A DNA stretch of 41,325 nucleotides from Pelomyxa schiedti (lineage: Eukaryota > Protista > Evosea): NCBI GenBank assembly GCA_020536535.1, contig JAHLWZ010000278.1, positions 1 through 41,325 on the forward strand. The letters run 5' to 3'. The stretch's first letter is position 1. Each line of letters opens with the position of its first letter. Of this stretch, positions 11,301-21,669 are shown in pieces. Both the position numbers and the translations under genes were made by a program. The notes below the pieces were generated by a model. That model saw only the letters and a list, made by a program, of their open reading frames with translations, did not search any database and was not told where the DNA came from.

Positions 11301-12614
11301 GCGAGGGTTGCACCAGTTTGCATGCCTCCAGATATAACTAATTTTACCTACAATGAAGTATTGGCTGCTGCAGTAGGTGGACTAAAATGCCTTCAATGTA
11401 AAAAGAATAAACCAGATCCTGTTCCGGTCGAACTAACAGGGATCATACCAGAACTCTATGCCACCCCTTTCCCAGTTAGAGGCGACTCAAGCATTCAATA
11501 CTTTACCGCCTTGGTGAAGTATCTTGCGATTCCGGAGCATCCCCGAGTTATGAAGTTCTTCACTCCTGGGGTGCCTTTTCCTGAACTTCCCTGTCCCATT
11601 ACGCCTCACCATTTGAACGACATTCAAGGTTTTACCTGGGCACAGTTCCGCAAGAATCCGGTTCTGGGGGATCTGTTGAACATGTGCACCACAGACAGAA
11701 CATCTCCACATCTACTTGAGCAGGTTCTCCCAATGAAGCTTCGGGAAAAAATCTTGAAAGACGTTGCCTTCGGTTTGGAGCACCTCCACAAACAGATTCC
11801 GCCAATTACCCACGGGGATATCTGCGTTGGTTTGTCTACTCTCACCACCATCTTACTTATAACCTCAAAGAAAACGTGATAATTTCCTCGCTGGATGACT
11901 CAGGACCCGAACCATGGGCAAAAGTAGCCTTTCTTCAAAACCAATTAATTATAAGTTAGCCCAACTCCACCAAAAGATTGTACTCAACTGCAGCAAAGAA
12001 GATCTCCCGGCAAAGGGAAAGAATAAGGAGATTTCACGGGCGCCGGAATTTGTTTCCGGGTCAACACTAAGCACCCAGGATGATATTTGGAATTTCGGTA
12101 CCAACTTCTCTCCAACCTCCCGTCCATTCATCTCAGTCACCAATCAGGAATCCTGGTGCACCAGCTTGTTTACCCGTTTGAATCATCAATAGAGCTTATG
12201 CGGTTACAACCAAATCCACTCCCTTACACGCAACAACCAACAAGCAACAACAACAACAACCAACTTCCCATCACCACGGCCGCACATACCGACGGCGCCC
12301 CCAAACAACAACTGGAACCGCACGGAATCCGGGATTCCGATGTGATCATGGTTGAGAGGCACCAACTAGGCAAGGCATTGGCAACTGGTGCCTACACACT
12401 CCCCCCATTCCAATTCATGCACAGCCAAAAGAACAGCGGCGAAAATCCGGCACCATCAACAGCAACAGCAAGTCACCATTCCGATGTGCATGTACCACCC
12501 TGGGCCATTCAGATAATGACCTGTTGTTGGTCTATTGATCCACAGACAAGACCCCCAATCAGTTCCATTCTGAATGTGTGGGCGCACTTTGATAATTCAT
12601 ACTCCCCACCCTAG
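8386..12614 (+). CDS. Degenerate ROCO-family protein, copy 2 (small-GTPase-like N-terminus, LRR, Roc, COR, pseudokinase); true start may lie upstream near 8060-8100
   Basis: Exons at 8386-8850 and about 8915-9107 splice in frame to the 9171-11879 ORF, then to kinase exons ending at 12614. LRRs (LSSLHLNSVPEDI, LLLNRNKLNGFP), Roc, COR and kinase remnants as in copy 1. Confidence 0.82.
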
Positions 12615-12695
12615 AAATGCCATAATACAGAATGAATGGAATGTTGACCAGCACCACAACTCTTTTTTTTTTTTGTTTCGGTACCAATAACTCAT

Positions 12696-14134
12696 ATGAG
12701 TGACGTTAACGAAGGGCCCGTATCTGCGACACAACAACAACGGGGGGACGAGAGATCCACATCATCACCATCATCGTCATCATCGTCGTCGACGGCGGGG
12801 GGGGTGATGGAGCGGTACTCTGCGTTCGTCGTGAGAAACGCGAAGCGCGTGGAGTCGGTGGAGAACTTTGTCAGCAATTACCTGTACTTGATGCCCAGGA
12901 CATTGGGCCTCGACACTGCAATTAAGGCTCAGTCTGGTGTGTGTGTCTGTGTGCCTGTGTGTGTCTGAGTAGTATTTCCCCTGCCCCTCTTTATTAAGAA
13001 AGCTCACTGAATGACATACATGGCCGGTCACATTTATCCCGCGTGATATTGTGTGTTACCTTGGAATTCAGCAATCACGCTTGTGAGCCTGATCAGAGTG
13101 TACAATAGGCTCATCCTGCTGAAGGACGGGTCACCTGGCGATGGGATTCGCTCCATGAACCGGGGGCAGCACGGCGCAATTGTTCCTGGAACCGTGACAA
13201 CCCTCACGTGGAGCAGCGTTGTGGAGTGTGTGGAATTGTTGGCTGAGATGTATTCAAGAAAGACTTGGGGGATGCCGGCCAAGTGGGCCACTGTCACTAT
13301 CATCGAAGTGCTGCGGTACTGGCAATCTTATTTCTCTATGCACTTTCCTTTTTCGTGGGAAACTTATGCTTAAGTAGAACCTTCCTGAGACTTCGCCTGT
13401 GGCTTCTGGGTGGCGGTCGCACAGTAACGCGCCACCACCTGATGCAGAACTTCTCTGTGCCTTCCATGCACCCTAAGGATCAACTGAGTATGTGGGCACC
13501 GCCTGTTCCACACCAGAGGTTTGTTATTGGTATGAAGTTTGTTAGTGTATTTCCACTCATTGGTTTTAATACAGACAGATTATCACCGTCGGTGGTTGCT
13601 GCAGAACTTCTTTACATATTCAGACCCCTAATATCATGTTTCCTTCTTTTCCTACTTATGTTTGACTCATCTGGTTCTTAGTGGCAGCACTTTATAAATG
13701 GCGAGAACATTCTTGGAAACCTTGGCTGATTTCCCTAGGTGTCGATTTAATTAGTGTTCAACTGGCCACAAGTTCGACCTTAAGGTAGTTATGCCTTTCA
13801 CTTTCTTAGTATTAATTTCATGCAGCCCCGAGGAAAAAGAAGAGTATACAAGAAGAAGTTGGCTGTGGATCCAGTATTTACTCAGGAGTCCCGCATACGA
13901 CACACTTGGGAGGTTGTATTAACACCCAATGAAATTCGTTTTTTCCTCACGCTACTGCAGGGTGATGAATAGTAGTGGTGTCTATGACCGGCTTCATGAC
14001 ATTCCCGTTGTTTCATTCCTCACCGGTATGTATAGTACACCATTGTACGACGACTTAACATTCCGGCTGCAGACCTTGTCCGCACATGTCTCAAAGACAC
14101 ACACAAGTATTATTTCAACCTGGCCTCATACTAA
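12696..14134 (+). CDS. PEX16: Peroxisomal membrane biogenesis protein Pex16, 8 exons
   Basis: Spliced product contains Pex16 signatures: YSAFVVRNAKRVESVE, VELLAEM...KWATVTIIEVLRTFLRLRL, AELLYIFRPLI, SWKPWLISLGVDLIS, EEYTRR..W..YLLRSPAYD, and C-terminal KYYFNLASY. All introns are GT-AG. Confidence 0.92.
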
Positions 14135-14268
14135 AACAACCAGAAGAGAAGTTTTGTTGTCATTTTTTACAATAATAAGTTTCTTCTTTCAAACGAGGTT
14201 ATTTACATCGCTACCGGGAGGTAAATTCCCAAGTTGACGCAATTGTTCCAGCTTGGATTTAATGGATT

Positions 14269-16621
14269 CTAGGGACTGTCAGTATCTCTGTGAGAGTGCG
14301 GTGTAGTGTTGTTTTGTGTTTTGCTGTTGTCCACACATAATTCGATACCTATATACATTTGAGTCACTTGGCACTGCCTGGTTGTGTGCCTCTCTAGGTT
14401 TGCCAATGCTGGGTCTGGTCTCAGCCATTGTGCCTCTTTCTGTATTGAGGGTGTTGGTGAATTCGTTAGTACACACATATTTCGGGAATATAGATAGCAA
14501 CATACATAGGAGAGGGCTCTCAGGACTTTCTTTGCAGCTTCCTTTGCCGATGCGAGGGTGTCATTCTTTGACGATGAAGTGAGCGAGAACACGGGGCCAG
14601 TCGCAGACGATGGGGCGTATGACGACCGCGTCATTGACATTGAGGGGGATGAGCGGGGCCGGCGTGTTGCCATTGTGGGAGGGGTCAGGCTCATGCTCAT
14701 GGACATTGACATTGAGGAGGTGGCGTGGGCCGTGGAGGGACGCGGCCGCGCTGCTGTGAACGTGGGTTCAGAGGCTCGCCCAAATGTGGATTTCTGTTGT
14801 TGTTGTGAGTGGTTATTTTTGGTGCGGGGTGTTAATTTATTCCTGATATCTTTGTGTTTGATATTATCCTATGTAATGAATTGTGCATTTTTTGTGGTTG
14901 CTATTAGGTTTCTAATTGTTCGAAAAAAAATCGATGTGTGTATGTTTGGGGATAATTAATAATTGATGAAGGAAGGAGAATGGACCTGGACTTTGCCATC
15001 ACTCCAGGATTTTTTCCCGTGGGTAGGGCGTGGTTCTATGATGGATGCTAGGGATGTGTGAAGTGTACTGGCTGAGGAGGTGTTGGGCCGAATTTTCATA
15101 CTGGAGTGCAGTGATGACCGCACGGTATTTGCATATTCGCTTCGTTTTTGTGCTAGTTGTTTGTGTATTTCAAGGTCGTGGATCACTTTTATTCTCGATT
15201 CATGGGTGTCTTTTCTTGCCTGTGCCTGGCAGATGTTATTAGGGGGGAGTTGAAAAAGCAGGCAAAAGGTACTCACAGCAGAGATTCCATGGTAAAGAGG
15301 TTTAGGCATGGAGAAAGATGATGGTTTTTCCCCTGACAAAGCCCTTTTTTTAAGAATGGTGGATCGCATGAGCTGGAAGGCCATATTATAAAGTGAAAGA
15401 GAAGAGGTTATACCATGTGATTTTCTTTGACACGTTCGTAGTATTCACTTTGTCGGCTACTTGGAGCCTGCAGATTGTAAGTTGGCGAAAAGAAGAAGAC
15501 AAATTCACCTGGTTGATGATGGGGGTAGCGTAAATAGGATGTTCCGCAGGTGCAGAAGGTGGATTGTATACTACAGGTGATGGGGATTGTGATATTTTTG
15601 GAGGGCCCTGAGGAGATGCCGGTCTTGTAAAATCCTTTTTAGGCAAAGTGTCATCCTTCACTTGGGTGATTCGAGCAGCGGCAAAATGTTTGGAGGAAGT
15701 CAATGGTGTGCTGGGCTTTGTTTGCTTGATCGGAATTGGCTTGCGGACAGGGGCTTGATGTGGAACAATAGGTTCCTTTGTTTTCCCTGGCAATTTGGAA
15801 GATACCTTATTTCCGGGAGAACGAGTTCCAATTGTAGGTTTTTTTGAGGGAGACTTCATGCCAGTGGGCTGCTTCGAGGTTACTTTCTTTGCTCCAACAA
15901 CCGGTTTCTTGGGACTTGTAGCAGCAGCGGGAGTCTTGTGGGTAGACACCTTGTCATTATCTTTAGCTGGCTTCTTCCCATCTTTTCCTGGCTTTTCTTG
16001 GCTGTGGCCGGGTTTGCTTGCCGGTGTTTTCTTCGAAGTAGTACCTTGTTTACCGGCGGAGCTGTGCTTCCCTGTAGACTTTTTCCCAGTTTCCTTCCCG
16101 GTTTTTGGAAGGTCCTTACGTGCATCTGATGTTGATGGCTTATGTTTACCCCCTGAGTCCGCCGCCGCATTAGGTTTTTTCGGTGTGGATTTATGCGGCT
16201 TAGAATCAGTAGCTTTTTGTCCCTCAGTTTTCCCCTTCCCAGTCTCGGTCTCCCCTTTCCCATCATTCTCCTTCTTTGCATGTGAAGCCACCACTTTTGG
16301 GGCAGCAGCGTTCTCATCATCGGATGGAGTTTTCACATCTCTGTCACGGTCCTCCGCGTCAGAGTCGCCAGCTCTGCTGACCACATCAGCCAGTGACCGT
16401 GACCGGCTTCCTGATGTGGAGCGAGATACAGATGATCTCGAGTACGATGACCTGGAAGCTATTGACCGCGATCGGGAGCGTGTTATTCTGCCGGTTCCAC
16501 TGTTGTGATTGTGATTGTGGGTGTGATGAATGCTGTTGTGAACAGAACCAGGAGTAGAAGTTCCTCGTTGGTGTTGCTGGTCACCAGGGTCAGTTTGTTG
16601 TGATCCCGTTGATGTGTACAT
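14269..16621 (-). CDS. Low-complexity Lys/Ser/Pro-rich, probably disordered protein (multi-exon, 3' end uncertain)
   Basis: ORFs 15386-16621, 14956-15384 and 14269-14790 can be linked by GT-AG introns (e.g. KVQ|KSTFG, phase 0). Has an RS-rich patch and basic repeats; no recognisable domain. Confidence 0.65.
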
Positions 16622-17045
16622 AGGACTGTCATAGCTCTCCCATTGTCCAGCAAATTCAACGTTCTATTTTGATATAGCAAATAGCACCAAAAACGAACGA
16701 TTAGGCAACGCCAAAAAGTACGTTTTGGAGCTCGACGGTTGAGAGATTTCTATAGCGAAGTAATTGAATTGTGGGACGATGTGACACCTGAACCACACGT
16801 TGCAATAGACCCTGCAACAATTCAGCGATATTTTGGGCTATACCCCCAGCCATCACCTGCTTTCTGTTTTCAAAGAAAAAACGAATCAAAGTAACCAACT
16901 CACTCAAGGAGAATACCCTGTTCTCCAAGTCATCTCCCGAATCCGTGGGATCAGTATTCTGATCAATTGGAGCGTCGAGTCTGCCAGGACATTACTTTTT
17001 GTGCACAATATTTTCACGATCAATTCCGATCAGAAATTCGGCGAC

Positions 17046-18424
17046 ATGCCGCTTGTGCGGTTTATTAGCCCACACTCCCACAATTGACAAACGTGCAGGG
17101 ACCCAGGGGGCAGAAGATATGGGACCGCGTAACGACAGGCAGCTTTTTTGTGAGGATTGTGTTGTACTACCTTGGGGCAGTTATTATCTACGTAATGTTG
17201 ACATATGACCTCTATTTCTTCGATTGGTATGATATGAACGGTTTCAAAAAAAATGAATCCTCGAAACCCACAATAAATACTAACTAGAGTGGGATTGATG
17301 TTAACATAGGGGACAACTTACATACGACGGAAACCAGACCGCACAATTAGTAAATACTACCGACGAAAGTGTTAATTGCATTGATTGGGGAAACGTGTGC
17401 GAATGCAAAATTCCCACAATTAACTTCTAATCCCATGCTGCTCTCATAGGTACACTGCCCGGACATGGACTTTATGCAATCCGAAGATAAAGCGGGGAAT
17501 ACTTGGCAGATGTCGGCTGTATATAGTCTCATTGTAATGCTTGTTCTAGTAGCTCTGATTTTTACTTTGATTGGATTTGATACATATATGATTTTCTTTA
17601 GAAGTCCCGAGCCAGAATTCATTGAGGTAAATTTGCCAAATTACTTCTTGCAATGACCCCGAATTCCAGCACATTTCGGACACTATGCCGATAGAGCTTA
17701 TTCTTAATTTAGCAGCAGATATGGTGAAGAATTTCAAATGTGTGAAGATTATGAAGCTCCTTTGTTATATTGTGTGTTGCATACTACCTGTTGCTTTTAT
17801 TCCCATATTGTAAGTCAATACTAATAGCTATAGAACCCTCCACCTCTCTAACACATCACCCCTTTCAGGAGGCAAATATTAATGAAACCGTTTTTGATCA
17901 GAGTAACCAGTATTGACGAATTTGATCCTCCGCACTGCATTTGTGCATATGATTGGTCAAGTGTATGTTCCCAATGACAATAGCACATTTCCAAGTAACA
18001 CCCAATTAAAGGATTGGCGGCAAAAGCAGTTCTTCTCCTGCACAATTGCAGCTTGGCTGATGTTGTTCACATTCATCAGTGCAAGTTTGAACTATGCCAA
18101 TGGATCAGTTCCCTCGTATGTCTCCTTAGTGGCAAACCCAAAACGGCAGACCTTCTTTCTTACTTTGTTTCTGAACAAAGGTATTCAACATACATGTGCT
18201 TCTCAGATAAGGTCAGGTTCCTTCAGATAGTTGAGGCACAAGGACCAGTTGCTGAGAAACTGGCTGCTGCTGAGTCTGATGCTAAAGAACATTCTGATAC
18301 AACACCACTGAGACCACAATCACCCACACTCACTCACCGTGTTGTAAGTATCAATGACTCTGGCGACAGTCAAAATTCCCCAACTCCACAAAAACAACCC
18401 CTCTCTGAACCCATCAACTCATAA
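17046..18424 (+). CDS. Polytopic membrane protein of unknown function, multi-exon
   Basis: Hydrophobic exons (FFVRIVLYYLGAVIIYVML; VYSLIVMLVLVALIFTLIGF; TIAAWLMLFTFISASL) separated by short GT-AG introns, with a polar C-terminal tail ending at 18424. The start ATG at 17046 is inferred. Confidence 0.65.
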
Positions 18425-18550
18425 CACTTCAAAAAAAAAAAAAAAGCTCTTTTGGCTGGGGCAAGTAAGAAAAATTTTGGGAGAGTTTTTCTTCTCATCT
18501 CCATGGAGTGGTTCTCTGACATCCACTCCCCTTGGAAGTGTGACTAGAAG

Positions 18551-21500
18551 ATGTGGAACTTCCTAAGGGAAGTTGGTCTGAAAGAGAACTCTTTGCTGGG
18601 CGACGAGACTAATTCAGCCCATTCCCTACCCTCCGGGACTCCACTCTCCCAGTTGCACGAGCATCCCTCTGCCAAGTACTACTTGTGGGTTTTTGCCGAA
18701 GACAGGATTTTTCAGCTGGCGTCGGAGACTGATCGTCTGTTGGAGCGTCGTAACCCCGGCAACAGCCCTGAGCCATCGAGGTCCCCAGCAACACCGCAGG
18801 GCTTTGGTTCCGAAAGCAGTAGTAGCAGTGGTAGTGGCCTCATCGTCGTCGCCCAAGAAGAACCGCAGCCGTCACCAGCTGATCCCACAATTGCGATGCA
18901 CAACGACCGGCGCGAACGCGACGACGAGGCTGAGGGCGGGAGCGAAAGTGAGGAGGACCAGAGAGTAGCCAGCGCCCTCCCTGACCGCGATTATGGGAGA
19001 GACCCTGGTGCGGTATTGGGCGATGATTTGATGACACTGAGGAGAGGGGGTTCAATGAAACCAGCTTGGGTGTTGTTGATATCTATATTGGGTATGGTAT
19101 TATTATACACCCCCACGTTATTTACCTGTACTAGATAGATAGATTTGAAAAAAAAAAAAAACCTAAACCTAACCTCAACAGCCTCTGGGGTGACTATTGC
19201 ATTGATTTATCCTCTCAAGTTAATTTCAGAGAGGTGTGTGCATGTAGGTGGCTGTTAATAATTTCCTGCTTGTAATAACCCGCCCCTACAGTGTTTGGAA
19301 GTGCACGAATCCGCATTTTCTGAGCTACTTATTTGACATAATATTTCCAAATGGTGTGAGGGTGAAGTGACTTGCCCGCCGTTAAATAGTAACGTACTAG
19401 GTTATCTCTCTTTCAAGGTTACACTCTCTATGGGAGTTCCGGCAATCTCACTGTATCTAGCTTTCTTGGCTTTATGTTGGTAATCCATCCCCTATGAATC
19501 AAGCCAACTAACACGGAACAGGCTTTTTGGATGTGGCCCCTTGGTAATGTGGGTCGTGATTGTGGAAGTGCTGGGGAAATTTCTCGTTGCCATTACATTT
19601 CTCCCTTTGAGCTCCTTATATGTCGTTTTACTGGCAAACAAATCTGCTTCACTTGCCAAGGATATTAACGATGAGATACATCGCACAAATAATACTGTAC
19701 GAGTGAACCTTGTAATCAATAGGCAGACCTTATCGAGGGCGCACCCTCACACCAGCACAAACTCTTCAATATGTGAATCAAATCCACCTCCAGGGGAAGG
19801 AACCAGCCTAGGTTCAGATGAAAACTTTTCTAGTGAATCGTCCCGTTCCGATTCCCACGGTGGTGTTCAGCATCACAGACGGCGCAAAGTGCACTCCACA
19901 TCTCCTGAAACCCAAGCCGTTTTGCCCAGGGATGGCAGTCACCAACGTCGCAATAAGCTTCCATACAGTGCTGAGATTTGGCCATTTGGCACAATGCTTG
20001 TCACTGGGATCACTTTGGTCTTGCTCACTCCTTGCTTGGTTTTTGGCTGGGGGATAAAGATGCTGGCAAATGTACCCTATCTCAGTTATACTCCTCTGAT
20101 TTCTGGTTCTTTCATGCTTGGAGGGGGTGGAATAGCTTTATTGCTGGTTATATGTTCCACTCTGTGGCATCCTCGCAAATGGCCTCTTTACAGTCCCCTC
20201 CCAGAAAAGTTTCCCCATACTCTTCTCAAGATTTTTTACCGTGTGTTACTGCCCTTCACACTTTGCATTTCTCTCATGAAGTCCAGTGTGCCTGTGTATT
20301 TTTGGAGTTGTATGTGTCATTTCCATAATATTTGGGGGATTGATTCACATTTACGAGTCAGCTCCAGCCACACAGCCGGCAACTGATAATACATACATCA
20401 GGTTCTAATTTCAGGCTTTCAAAGACTTTTAACTCCTTCCAGGATAGTCCAGTTCAATATTCGATACCCGGCAAGTTATGACGACTTAGGTAATCAATGG
20501 GACAGCCGGAAACAAGATTTTGTTGACTTTGTAGAATCTCTTCATCCAGATATCCTTACTGTCCAAGAAGCTTACATATGGCCATTGTGGTACAACTGAA
20601 AAGTTTGTTTCTTATCATGCAGACCCACTCATACCAGGTACATCCTGGACAACCTTTTTAACGGCACCTTTAAATGGACAGGTTTCCCTCTGCATTCACT
20701 TATATATGATTCATTTTTTATGAAGGGAAAGGAAGAAACGATGGCGTTCATGCCGGAGAGCATGCAGCCATTTTTTTCAATGCATCCCGTTTCAGTGTGG
20801 AGGATGGGGACACCTTTTGGCTCTCTCCTACTCCCCTCCTCCCCAGTGTTTTCCTCAATGAAGGTTTGCAACTCCAGTCTCTCATTTAACTCACTTTACC
20901 CACCAGACATGTCCAACTTTAGGGAGTGCACCTGGGTAAGATTACGAGAGAAATCCACGAAATACGAGTTTCTAGCAATCACCACGCATTATGGATGGGG
21001 AGACAACTTTGACACAAATGCCGCCAATCTGATTATTAAGGCATAACTCGAAGACCCTATTTTTGCACTCACTTTATATTCCCACAGGAAACAGCATCGC
21101 ACGTGGGTCAATCTCTACCTGTGATTTTAACCGGGGATTTGAACGCTAATATAACCTCCCCAGGGTACAGTCTTCTCCTTTCACATTCGCTTTCACTCAA
21201 GCTTCCTCTAATACTACACTCCCACCAAGATATCACACACTAGTCACCAACACTGCAGTACCGCTATGCGATGCCATGCTCTGTTGTCAGCAGAACTGCA
21301 CTCCCACCAACTGTACCCAATCCCTGAGTTGGACTTCAGAACCGTACTGTCCCGCTGATGCCGGGTGTGTGAATTCTAAATTCTACCCGTTCCGTAGAAA
21401 TCTAACGCCACTGACAGAGACCAGAGAATAGACTTTATCTTCACTTCCATTGGAGTTCCCGTTGTGTACTATGACTCCCCGCGCACAACGAGAGCATCTA

Positions 21501-21637
21501 CAAACACCACTTTCAGGTATAATCTCTCTTACTTTTCTTTATAATTTTCACATTCATTCATTGACAGCGACCATTTCCCTGTTGTTGTGGATGTCATTTT
21601 ACCGGCTGGTTTCGTTTCCAACAGCACCGATTCTTGA
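18551..21637 (+). CDS. Multi-TM protein with C-terminal endonuclease/exonuclease/phosphatase (EEP) domain
   Basis: Spliced C-terminus: IVQFNIRY, NQWDSRK, PDILTVQEA, GEHAAIFF, TFWLSPTP, RECTWVRL, TTHY, PVILTGDLNA, RIDFIF, SDHFPVVVD, i.e. the complete EEP catalytic set. Several TM helices lie upstream. Confidence 0.88.
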
Positions 21638-21669
21638 TTTATAAAACCCTTTTTGATTTTGAAATAGTA

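Noticed and set aside
12937-12968. GT-rich insertion in PEX16 intron 1 absent from the other copy
   Set aside because: Ordinary microsatellite expansion.
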